64,000 nt of DNA, from positions 64,001-128,000 of the IMG/VR virus record IMGVR_UViG_3300036766_000359; one strand, 5' to 3'. Of this stretch, positions 9,560 through 18,280 are shown piece by piece. Origin of the DNA: a virus. Each line of letters opens with the position of its first letter. Positions within the stretch are counted from its first letter, which is position 1. The position numbers and the translations under genes are program-made. A model generated the notes under the pieces. The model was not told where the DNA came from, searched no databases, and worked only from the letters and a program-made list of their open reading frames with translations.

Positions 9560-10990
9560 TCAAGAAGTTGGTGGTTTAAACCTATCGATCAAACCACGTG
9601 AAAATTCTTTTTCAGGAATTGGTATTTTAAGTTTGTCAAAATCCACGTCCGCAGTTAGGGGAGTGGATGTAGGTGGAGGGGTACTAAATCCAACTTTATG
9701 ATCCAAAGATGTTAATTTCTCGTCATGAGTAAAATTCACACCATCAACCATCAATGACCTGGCCGGTAGTTCAACAAGAACCGGTTTTCGAGGGGCTGGA
9801 GGGGCTGGAGGGGCTGGAGGGGCTGGAGGAGGGGCTGAATCGGTAATAACAACAGGAGGGGCTGGAGGAGGGGCTGGAGGGCTCTTCCAGCCAGTAATAA
9901 CGGGTTCGATGACCGAAGGAATAGGAGCGACAGGAATGAAGAGGACAGGTACGTCAAGAACAGTAGTACGGACGACAGCTCTTCCAGTTGAAATTATCGA
10001 AGCTTCTATATCATGAGGGGTAGGTTTGTCGAGAGAACCTAAAGAACGGGCAAGGTCCCCCCATTGAAGTCCACGAAATTGGAAAAAGTTTACCGGAACC
10101 GGATAAGTAGACTTAGCACCGATAGCAACACGAAGAGAACTTGAAATTGCCGCGATTATGTTATCACGAACCCAAGTAGGTCCCTCGTGAGAAAATAGGT
10201 CATCAAGTTTTTCGAAAGCAGTCGCCGGGTCAGAGTCAACATTAGAAAGGATGTCAGCAAGAGTTTTCATGGAATTGTAACGGAACAAATCCGTTACAAT
10301 AGAGACACTGACTCCTCCGAGAGTACAAAGTGTATCGAGAGATGTGAGACAGGTACGAGGACAACATTTGTTGTGATTCGATACGATGCTCAAAGCATCA
10401 AGATCGTACGGAATACCCTCTGCTTTACATATGAGTTCAAGTCTAGCAACAACATCTTTTTCAGGAGGAGGAGATATGGGATATTCTTCAAGCCTTGATC
10501 GGATCGCTTCCCCGATTTTATATGGTTCGGTCGTACATAGAATGACGACAAACCTACGATCTTCTACTGATTTCAATAAAGCGTCTTGAGCAGCTTTGGA
10601 GAGACGTTGAGCCTCATCCAAAATGACAACCCTTGGTTTCCCGCCAACAGATCCATACTCTAGGTCAGAAATGATAGAACGAATACGATCTACGGTCCCT
10701 TGTGTAGCAGCGTCAAATTCATCTACATTCAATGATGATTCGAGAACTATAGATTCACATGAAGTACAAACACCACATGGTTCACCGTCAACGAGGTCAT
10801 CACACGTAACCGCCATGGCAGTAATACGAGCTAAGGACGTTTTTCCACAGCCTTTCGGACCACCAAACATCATGGACCTGCCGGATAAAGTACCGGAGGA
10901 AGACCTACGCAAAAGCAATTTCACGACGCCTTGATTTCCAATGACGTCTCGAAATTTCCTCGGGCGGTATTTTAAATCAATAGGTTCCAA
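9560..10990 (-). CDS. dnaX: DNA polymerase III gamma/tau-like clamp-loader ATPase
   Basis: LKYRPRKFRDVIGN, Walker A GPKGCGKTS, Zn motif PCGVCTSC, Walker B LDEAQRL, Pro-rich C-terminal linker. Confidence 0.92.
   Translation of the reverse strand: MEPIDLKYRPRKFRDVIGNQGVVKLLLRRSSSGTLSGRSMMFGGPKGCGKTSLARITAMAVTCDDLVDGEPCGVCTSCESIVLESSLNVDEFDAATQGTVDRIRSIISDLEYGSVGGKPRVVILDEAQRLSKAAQDALLKSVEDRRFVVILCTTEPYKIGEAIRSRLEEYPISPPPEKDVVARLELICKAEGIPYDLDALSIVSNHNKCCPRTCLTSLDTLCTLGGVSVSIVTDLFRYNSMKTLADILSNVDSDPATAFEKLDDLFSHEGPTWVRDNIIAAISSSLRVAIGAKSTYPVPVNFFQFRGLQWGDLARSLGSLDKPTPHDIEASIISTGRAVVRTTVLDVPVLFIPVAPIPSVIEPVITGWKSPPAPPPAPPVVITDSAPPPAPPAPPAPPAPRKPVLVELPARSLMVDGVNFTHDEKLTSLDHKVGFSTPPPTSTPLTADVDFDKLKIPIPEKEFSRGLIDRFKPPTS
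9792..9827. repeat. (ggggctgga)x4 coding microsatellite
   Basis: Encodes the PAP repeats of the DnaX linker. Confidence 0.9.
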
Positions 10991-11020
10991 GTTATTAAAC
11001 AGACCTAACGGTGGATATCA

Positions 11021-11560
11021 TCACCGATCCTTCATACAATCAAGCAATTCAGATAATTCGTCATTCCATCTACCATGACGTTCAGCTACTTCCGGAAATT
11101 CTTGAACCTGAGGGGGACGAATGCTGTACCTCATTTCACCACTTTTCTCATCTTCAGTACCAACACATCTTGTGAGTAGGTGGTCAACCAAGGCGACACG
11201 CTGGCCTGCTTGCAAATTATTCCAAACCTCAAGAGCTATAGTAATTATTAGATTTGCTTCTTGATTATCTTCATCATTCTCAGAAAAATAAGAGCGTGAT
11301 ATGTGAGCGTCAGTCGGAGAAGCTTTCTTTACATGTCCAGGAACGAGCCTTCCCGCACTCTTTGCAGCCTTGTTTCTACAAAGGTAAACGATGTTCGCGC
11401 TAATTAGCTCTGGATGATGTTTTGCGATGAGTTTTTTCGCGATTTCTGCAACGGATTCAAAGTCACCAATGATGAGAGGCTCTGGAGCCACTCGTTCCTT
11501 CTTGTTACGAACGGCATCATTTTCTTGTTTAATCGTAGACGCGTTTTGAATGTTTGACAT
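11021..11560 (-). CDS. Phage putative metallopeptidase-family protein with degenerate HExxH motif
   Basis: IAKKLIAKHHPEL..ANIVYL...W..L...QRVALVDH matches the family, but HELxH reads HLLTR. Confidence 0.6.
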   Translation of the reverse strand: MSNIQNASTIKQENDAVRNKKERVAPEPLIIGDFESVAEIAKKLIAKHHPELISANIVYLCRNKAAKSAGRLVPGHVKKASPTDAHISRSYFSENDEDNQEANLIITIALEVWNNLQAGQRVALVDHLLTRCVGTEDEKSGEMRYSIRPPQVQEFPEVAERHGRWNDELSELLDCMKDR

Positions 11561-11620
11561 GTGATTCCTTCAGTATGATGACAACCCGTTAAGTTACACT
11601 AACGATGAACGTTTTTCCAG

Positions 11621-12406
11621 TCAAGAAAAACATCGAAGCATATGAACACGAAAAGCATCATCGCCAATACGTGACCATATGTCATTACAATCCTTACCAC
11701 TACAGGAATGTTGATATCTGACATTAACGATATCAAAATCAAAACCATAGTGTTTAATGAAATTTTGTACGCCTTCCCTACCGGGTTTATCCAAGTCAAG
11801 GCATAGATATATTTTACGAACAAATCGCTTCAAGAATTTAATTTGTAGAACACTTGCACCGGATGTTGTAAGAGCAACAACGTCCGGACGGACGAGGCGT
11901 TCCATAATAAGTTGGTCTGATGGGCCTTCAACAAGAACAATTTCGCGAGAATTCCAAATTGTTTCCATGTTTGGACCAATTCCGAAAAAATAACCTTCCG
12001 GACGTCTTCTTATAGCGAAGGTGTCATGCTCTTTCCGTTCTAACGACCTTATTTGAAACCCGATCGTGTTACCAGAATATGATGTTATGGGAAAAACAAT
12101 ATTATTTATTATTCGACGACCAACAATTCTTACTTTTTTCTCTTCATTCTCAACAGATTCCCACGTAGAAGACCAGCTCTGATAGTGACAAGAATCACAC
12201 CACAAGTGTTTCTTTTCTCGGTCCATACATACATCACCGTGACCGGGGTCAAGTGATTGGTCTACATCAAATTCTCCACCAACAAAACCAATTTTATGCT
12301 TTGCCCATTGATTCTTCGATATGCCACGACCAAGAAGGTATTCCTGGGCGCGTTCCGAGTCATCAAGTTGGGAGTTAGCCCATGATACGAATTGGTCTAT
12401 GAACAC
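11621..12406 (-). CDS. dnaG: DNA primase, Toprim catalytic core
   Basis: RINNIVFPI..YSGNTIGFQIR; IVLVEGPSD; YLCLDLDKPGREG. Confidence 0.8.
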   Translation of the reverse strand: MFIDQFVSWANSQLDDSERAQEYLLGRGISKNQWAKHKIGFVGGEFDVDQSLDPGHGDVCMDREKKHLWCDSCHYQSWSSTWESVENEEKKVRIVGRRIINNIVFPITSYSGNTIGFQIRSLERKEHDTFAIRRRPEGYFFGIGPNMETIWNSREIVLVEGPSDQLIMERLVRPDVVALTTSGASVLQIKFLKRFVRKIYLCLDLDKPGREGVQNFIKHYGFDFDIVNVRYQHSCSGKDCNDIWSRIGDDAFRVHMLRCFS

Positions 12407-12409
12407 AGT

Positions 12410-13054
12410 TTAATTATCTGAAGGGGCACAAAAGGCCATGCCGAGTTTAACGTTATGAAGGATTATGCTTGTTTTTCCACCTAGGATTTGAGTATACATA
12501 CCAACAAAGTCTGGTCTTGACAAGAAAACAGGAAAGGCTACACCGCATCGATGGACTCGACAAATCTTCTTATAAACTACAACGGCGTCCATAGTAGAGC
12601 CAGAATGAGACGAGACATTCCCACGAGTGATATTTGTTTTTCCAGCCCACTCATCAAATTGTGATTGACTCCATGATGATGGAACAAGAACGCAATGAGG
12701 CTGGGCCTCAGTTCCACTTTGTTTTTGAAGCCAATCGAATGCAGATTTTGCAGTTCGATGTATATTGTCCCATTTCTCCTCTTTTGATAAAGAGTATGCG
12801 GCAGACATGAGATCAGGGATCAGTTCGTCAAGACGATCCTGGTCATGACTAAAAACACCAGATCTTATCAATCCATTCGATATTTTTCTTGATACGGTAA
12901 ACTTTGGAGTTGACAGGCTAACGATGGCGGGAAGAAAAGAAGGCTTTGACGGTATTTCAATCCAAAAAACCGTTCCTTCAACTCCGCGTTTTGATCTATG
13001 AAGATCATGATCAAGTATTTGAAGTAAAATCAAGTTAGTCGTCCCATATATCAT
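12410..13054 (-). CDS. Hypothetical protein
   Basis: 214-aa ORF within the replication operon. Confidence 0.65.
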   Translation of the reverse strand: MIYGTTNLILLQILDHDLHRSKRGVEGTVFWIEIPSKPSFLPAIVSLSTPKFTVSRKISNGLIRSGVFSHDQDRLDELIPDLMSAAYSLSKEEKWDNIHRTAKSAFDWLQKQSGTEAQPHCVLVPSSWSQSQFDEWAGKTNITRGNVSSHSGSTMDAVVVYKKICRVHRCGVAFPVFLSRPDFVGMYTQILGGKTSIILHNVKLGMAFCAPSDN

Positions 13055-13598
13055 CAGGAAGATAAACAGTGGCGTCAGGGACTGGGTTTTTCACACCAAT
13101 AAATAATGACTTAAACCAAATATTAAATCGATCAAAAAGTGATAACGACATTTCGTGGACGCGCTCTCCAAGAACCCATTGAAGAGTTGCCATGTCCCTA
13201 TAATTATTGAACACATACTCGTCATCAGCGAGATGTTCGATAAATTCTTTCTTCGATTCTTGAATGCTAGTTCTAGGCTTAAACATGGGGCAAGAAAGAG
13301 AAACTTCATCAGAGTCGCATATAGAACCTTTCCAATTCTTAGAGTCTTCAGATCCGTACATGCAGAGATGGACAGAACCATTATTTTCATTTTGAAAAAC
13401 AACGACGGTAGACTGATCTCTAGGAGCGACTGGCATCTCAATAGATTTAGTTCTAGTGTACGGAAGAACTACTGTTTGATGAACTTCATTGAAAACACAA
13501 TTCAAATGTTTTCTGTCTTGTGAACTACGAATATGCTTTATAGCATATCTAGCCATAAGCTTCTTCAATCTCTTCTCAATATCTTCCTTAGTTTTCAA
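13035..13598 (-). CDS. Hypothetical protein
   Basis: 187-aa ORF with ATGA coupling to the upstream gene. Confidence 0.65.
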   Translation of the reverse strand: MKTKEDIEKRLKKLMARYAIKHIRSSQDRKHLNCVFNEVHQTVVLPYTRTKSIEMPVAPRDQSTVVVFQNENNGSVHLCMYGSEDSKNWKGSICDSDEVSLSCPMFKPRTSIQESKKEFIEHLADDEYVFNNYRDMATLQWVLGERVHEMSLSLFDRFNIWFKSLFIGVKNPVPDATVYLPDDIWDD

Positions 13599-14239
13599 GG
13601 CCCATCTCCAAGACCACCGGATTTAACACGTCTAAGCTTTAAACTTCCGTCTTTATGACCTTCATAGGCCACATGAGCATTAGAAATGAATTCCGGGTTG
13701 TGAGTAACCATCAAGATGTTAATTCCGGTTTGTTCCGATAACTGCCGCATGAACTCGGCACACGACGGTACATAACCATTCCACAATGCAGCCATCGACT
13801 CATCGAGGAGAAGAAGGTTCCCCATGCCCATACGAGCCATAACAGCAAGCCGCAAAACCAAAGAAATGACGACGGCTGCTCCACCACCGAATGAAGCTAA
13901 TGGATCACCTTCATTTCCGTCTTCCTCAACAACAAAACGCATGGCTAGGCGGTTTTTTTGCGGGTCTTGACGTATATGAAAGGAAAGCTCTTGGTCACCG
14001 AGGACGTGCCTAAGGCCCGTAGTAGCAAGCTGGGCAATAGAATCAACGTTCTTAGTGAGGGAGTCTTCTAACCATGTCTTGAAAATTTCGGTACATTTTT
14101 GATGTAAATCTGCGCTATACTTGAATTCTTTCTCAGACGTGTCGGCTTCAGAAGCCTGAAAAACCAAAATATCTCGATAAGACTTAAGTCTAGAAACGCC
14201 ATCCTTTAAATGATCAAATCTTTCAAGTAGGTCATCCAT
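13595..14239 (-). CDS. Rad50/SbcC-type ABC ATPase, C-terminal half only
   Basis: Short coiled coil, signature-like ASFGGG, Walker B LLLLDES, H-loop MVTHN; no Walker A. Confidence 0.8.
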   Translation of the reverse strand: MDDLLERFDHLKDGVSRLKSYRDILVFQASEADTSEKEFKYSADLHQKCTEIFKTWLEDSLTKNVDSIAQLATTGLRHVLGDQELSFHIRQDPQKNRLAMRFVVEEDGNEGDPLASFGGGAAVVISLVLRLAVMARMGMGNLLLLDESMAALWNGYVPSCAEFMRQLSEQTGINILMVTHNPEFISNAHVAYEGHKDGSLKLRRVKSGGLGDGP

Positions 14240-15365
14240 TTCCCCTCTCTTTCATGGACTGCAAGAAATGACGAGATCTTATTCCGGAACCTTTTTCGTC
14301 AGGACCCAAAAATTCACATAATTCCAGTATTGTCGGTGACACCTTATGTTTGAACCTCATCATTACTTTGTCAGATGAAATATATGGAATTATTTCAGAC
14401 AAAGTATCGATAGGAAAATCAGCAGACATTGAATCACCGGACACAAAGACAACAGGAAGACTTGAAACCTCTTGATTGTTACAGATCATGACCATGGAGT
14501 CATTAGACAGTTTAAACGTAACTCGTCTCGTACCCTCGCGAGCCATATTCGCCCATTGTATGGCTTTGGCTAATTTTGACCTATCAACTTTAAATTCGAT
14601 TTCATACCCGTCTTCAGACAAAACTTGAAGTTCTGGTTTATTACAAGAAACTCGACTAAATGAAGCCACAGACCCAGATTTCGGGTCATAAAGAAACATG
14701 CGAGTTTGATCTTGACCTATAATAATATTACTACCGGTTATTTTAGAACAGAAATTGCGCATGATCGGAAGATCGTCCGATACGATAGAAAGTTCGAGCG
14801 ATAGACCATCCATATATGCTACCGTTGCATATATACGTGCGTTGGATGAACCACACCCATCAAGTGGGTAGAAATGAACTTGATTAACCCTGCGGTCTTC
14901 GTCCGTTTTCGTACCTTTTACTGTAGCAGAACATGAAAGTTGATGGAGAAGTTCTTCAAATTTTTTCGCTGGAACGGAAGAACCAGAAACAGACGGTTTT
15001 GACGGCATCGGGGATCTTCTTGCCGAGTCAATCCTCTTTTTAACAACTGCCTGACGTGTTTGACCATCACCCTCCGCTTTTATCACAAGACCTTTTTCTG
15101 TAGTAGAAAGCGTAACTTGTGTCAGATCACTATCGAAAAGCGCGGCCCTATCCATGGAAAGATAGAAATCACCGGGAGAGTCTTCGTTTAGATCTGGATG
15201 TTGTGAAGATATAATAGAATGAATTTGTCGACGACGATCTGTGGAACTTATCCACAGATCGTTCCCGACAATACGAAGCACATAGTCACCGGATACCGGG
15301 CGAACAAGCTTTGCGATGGCAAAGCCACGACGAAGGTCTTCCGGAATGAAAGAAAGTTTTTTCAC
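14232..15365 (-). CDS. dnaN: Divergent DNA polymerase III beta-type sliding clamp
   Basis: 377 aa (clamp-sized); N-terminal xSFxPEDLRRGF...LWISSTD and third-domain FKVDRSKLAKAI patterns; sits among clamp-loader genes. Confidence 0.65.
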   Translation of the reverse strand: MKKLSFIPEDLRRGFAIAKLVRPVSGDYVLRIVGNDLWISSTDRRRQIHSIISSQHPDLNEDSPGDFYLSMDRAALFDSDLTQVTLSTTEKGLVIKAEGDGQTRQAVVKKRIDSARRSPMPSKPSVSGSSVPAKKFEELLHQLSCSATVKGTKTDEDRRVNQVHFYPLDGCGSSNARIYATVAYMDGLSLELSIVSDDLPIMRNFCSKITGSNIIIGQDQTRMFLYDPKSGSVASFSRVSCNKPELQVLSEDGYEIEFKVDRSKLAKAIQWANMAREGTRRVTFKLSNDSMVMICNNQEVSSLPVVFVSGDSMSADFPIDTLSEIIPYISSDKVMMRFKHKVSPTILELCEFLGPDEKGSGIRSRHFLQSMKERGNG

Positions 15366-15366
15366 G

Positions 15367-15660
15367 TTAACCAGAGATCTCCTTCATCATGGGCTTCAGA
15401 ATGGATTCGGCAACATCAAGGTCAGCTTTATAGTTATCAAGTTTAATCACAAGCACTTCCTTTGAGCGTCGAATGTCTTCTTGGATAGTGTCAGGATTAT
15501 ATCCGAGCTTTTTACACTCTTCTATCAGAGTTTTGAGAGTACGTTTATTCTCAGATTGAGCTGCGTCAATCCTGATTTTGTCCTGTGATAGGTTATTACC
15601 CCTACTCAAAAGCGATTTATACCTTAGTTCAAGTTCTTCGATATCGGGTTCAGTTTCCAT
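15367..15660 (-). CDS. Small coiled-coil protein
   Basis: 97 aa with heptad pattern; SD GGAGG upstream. Confidence 0.75.
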   Translation of the reverse strand: METEPDIEELELRYKSLLSRGNNLSQDKIRIDAAQSENKRTLKTLIEECKKLGYNPDTIQEDIRRSKEVLVIKLDNYKADLDVAESILKPMMKEISG

Positions 15661-15686
15661 GATTCCTCCGCAAAATGGACATTACA

Positions 15687-16532
15687 CTACGCAGACTCAA
15701 TATCAAATATTGAGTCAATAATGCGTCCACCTGTTTCCACACGTCTGTGAGCGATATACTTTCTACCGTCTTCACATTTTTCTCTGTAATCACATCTGTG
15801 ACACCCACCAGATGGTGTAGAGTTAAACACTTTGAGAGTTATTTTCTTAGCAACACCAAAAACGTTATCGAGAAGAATTCGCATGTGTGATTCATCATAG
15901 TCTATCCATTTTATTGGGTCATCCGGAAACTTCCAAAAAATAAATCCGAGTCGTGTCGGAGCTACATGATATTTAATGTAATGCTGAACAGCATACCAAA
16001 TGAGTTGATCAGAGTCTACATATTTTTCACGGTATTTAGAGCCCTTACCGTCCAAAATCCATACATCTAGTCGGTCTTTTGAATGACAAAAATCAGCACG
16101 ACCACCTAGTTTCAAAGTCATTCCGTATTTTTCATTACCATAAACAACGGTGAGGTCATTCTCTGCATGACTATTTGTTGTCAATAATTGATTTGATTTG
16201 ATAGTTTCGATAGCCCTCGGTAGATATGTCATAACATCCATACGAAGGATGTTAACAAAGGCAGGATCAGAAAATCGATCAAACTTTTCACCCAAAAATA
16301 TTAAGTCAATAGCTTCGTCAATACGACCCATGGCAGATGATATCGGGTCTCGTTCAGACCAGATTTTATCATTGTAAAACCATTCAAGAACCTTCCCAAT
16401 GACGGATCCAAACATTGCAGATCTCGGATCTCTAACAACAGGTTCCTTCTTGATATACCGAAACTCATACATAAGCGGACAGATTTTGTACGTGTTGAAC
16501 CCAGAATAACTTAGGTAGATATCATAATTCAT
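15687..16532 (-). CDS. PD-(D/E)XK exonuclease, AddB/RecB/Cas4-like with 4-Cys Fe-S staple
   Basis: LSYSGFNTYKICP; GRADF...ILDGKGS; C-terminal CHRCDYREKC. Confidence 0.85.
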   Translation of the reverse strand: MNYDIYLSYSGFNTYKICPLMYEFRYIKKEPVVRDPRSAMFGSVIGKVLEWFYNDKIWSERDPISSAMGRIDEAIDLIFLGEKFDRFSDPAFVNILRMDVMTYLPRAIETIKSNQLLTTNSHAENDLTVVYGNEKYGMTLKLGGRADFCHSKDRLDVWILDGKGSKYREKYVDSDQLIWYAVQHYIKYHVAPTRLGFIFWKFPDDPIKWIDYDESHMRILLDNVFGVAKKITLKVFNSTPSGGCHRCDYREKCEDGRKYIAHRRVETGGRIIDSIFDIESA

Positions 16533-16560
16533 TTATAAAACTTTCGGAAACCGATATTCA

Positions 16561-17559
16561 TCAAGAGTCATCATCAGCGACCCCTGCTTCTGCAGCTTCA
16601 ATAAGTTCAAGAGCAAGGTCTCTAACATCCTGAGGAAATTTGTCAAGTTCTTTCTTACGAAGGTTAACGGAAGCCTCCGACACAAGATCTCTGTTTTCCT
16701 GAAGCTGGGTAATGAATTCATTCAAAGAACGACGTTCGTCATCTATTTTCTTTTTTAGCTCGAGATCAAAGACTTTAGATGAATCTTCGTGTGGGACGAT
16801 ATGTTCCTCAACCGTAATACCATGAGAATCAGCCTTTATGAGACTGACCTTCGGTTTACGATCTAAATTCTCAAATGTTAAAGCGCCACGAGATATGGCA
16901 CCGAGGTTCACGAATTTAACCCCCATATGCTCAACAATACCCTGATCTTTATGGTAGTGTCCAAAAATATACACATCGGGGCATCCTTCGAATATCAAGT
17001 CACGATAATCAAAAATGTTTTCATTGAAAAATGACTGAATGCGCTCTGGAGGAGCCATGGAAGCGAGAGCATGAACGAATGCCACCGTATAGGTATCCCC
17101 GGGGCGTTTCCTTACGATCTCAGCTAGACCTTCAGCAGCGAGGTCTGTCGTGTATTCAACACCGACAACCCTAACATTCATCGTTCCGTCAACAAACGAC
17201 TCGTCTCGAAGTAGTCTGAAAACACCACTTTTTAAGAGAACCCCAAGAGGTTGTCTATGGATAGAGGCAGGGTCGTTATTTGACATGTCATGGTTACCGG
17301 CCATGGCATATGTCGGACATGAATAATGACGATGTATTTCAGCAGCCATCGACGTAGTGGCATACGTCGTTTTGTTTGCGGCTTTTACATGAAAGAAATC
17401 ACCACCACGAAGAACAGCAGAAGCACCGAATTTCCGGGCTATATCCCCTTGCCACTCAAGCTTCTTAAGAATCGATGCGCGGTAGTCATCTTTACGAAAT
17501 CCGGGGTTTAAATCTGCTAAATGTTCATCTGATGATGTAAGGAATCGTATTTCGGACAT
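16561..17559 (-). CDS. sbcD: Mre11/SbcD-family metallophosphoesterase nuclease
   Basis: SDEHL, GGDFFH, GNHD, GHYH motifs; LGAISR; near the Rad50 half-gene. Confidence 0.88.
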   Translation of the reverse strand: MSEIRFLTSSDEHLADLNPGFRKDDYRASILKKLEWQGDIARKFGASAVLRGGDFFHVKAANKTTYATTSMAAEIHRHYSCPTYAMAGNHDMSNNDPASIHRQPLGVLLKSGVFRLLRDESFVDGTMNVRVVGVEYTTDLAAEGLAEIVRKRPGDTYTVAFVHALASMAPPERIQSFFNENIFDYRDLIFEGCPDVYIFGHYHKDQGIVEHMGVKFVNLGAISRGALTFENLDRKPKVSLIKADSHGITVEEHIVPHEDSSKVFDLELKKKIDDERRSLNEFITQLQENRDLVSEASVNLRKKELDKFPQDVRDLALELIEAAEAGVADDDS

Positions 17560-17592
17560 ACAAGACGTTACATTCAGCAGATATCTTAGAAA

Positions 17593-18270
17593 TCATGCAA
17601 CAGATTCATCACCATCATGACGTCCAAACAGGCGCGCACGGTAAAAAGCAAACGGGAACTCGGGACCAGGATCAGTCTTTCGAGTTGGTGCGATATCAGA
17701 GTGCCCGATCAGCTCCACAACATCTGGATAGAAGGCTTTGATCGCCATCATTAGGGCAAGTCCCGTCTCAATCTGGTCATTGGTGTATGACTGATAGTAT
17801 TTACCATCGTCACCCTGAACCACCTGAGAAGAGTCAACTTCCTTGCCTGTTGATGAAATGAATTTACCTGCCTCGTTCTTTTTGAGCTTTCCAAGGTTCA
17901 CGAACTCAATGCCGATGCTATACTTATTGATACCAGTAATGACATTCGCCTGACTAGCAGAGGGAACATGCGGAACTTCAGGCCAGGCGGATTTAGACCA
18001 GCTCGACTCACCTGCGTGCCATGCAATGTCCTTCACACTAACCAACTGACCAAGCTCTCCACTGCGCCCCACAACAAAGTGTGCCGACGCCTTAGCAGCG
18101 GGGTTAGATAACCAAGCCATAGCCCCGTTTGCGGAGTGTCCTCCAGTCCAGTGGGCCACGATGATTCGAACGTTCTCTTTTTTCATAGGCCCACTTTGGT
18201 TCGTTGTCGAACCTCTAGTGAACTTAATCAAGCCGTCGTTGTGTACCCAACCGTCTGTTTCTATTTTCAT
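17593..18270 (-). CDS. N-acetylmuramoyl-L-alanine amidase (Amidase_2, AmpD-like); endolysin candidate
   Basis: IVAHWT, ASAHFVV, AWHAGES, SIGIEFVN, GHSDIAPTRKTDPG. Confidence 0.9.
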   Translation of the reverse strand: MKIETDGWVHNDGLIKFTRGSTTNQSGPMKKENVRIIVAHWTGGHSANGAMAWLSNPAAKASAHFVVGRSGELGQLVSVKDIAWHAGESSWSKSAWPEVPHVPSASQANVITGINKYSIGIEFVNLGKLKKNEAGKFISSTGKEVDSSQVVQGDDGKYYQSYTNDQIETGLALMMAIKAFYPDVVELIGHSDIAPTRKTDPGPEFPFAFYRARLFGRHDGDESVA

Positions 18271-18280
18271 GATAACCTCT

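Noticed and set aside
9560-10990. Programmed -1 frameshift in dnaX (gamma/tau)
   Set aside because: No E. coli-type A-AAA-AAG slippery site was seen after the collar domain, and there is no tau-type C-terminal extension in another frame.
15687-16532. Cas4 as part of a CRISPR-Cas locus
   Set aside because: No cas1/cas2 or array nearby; the context is recombination genes (Mre11, Rad50 half, RecD2).
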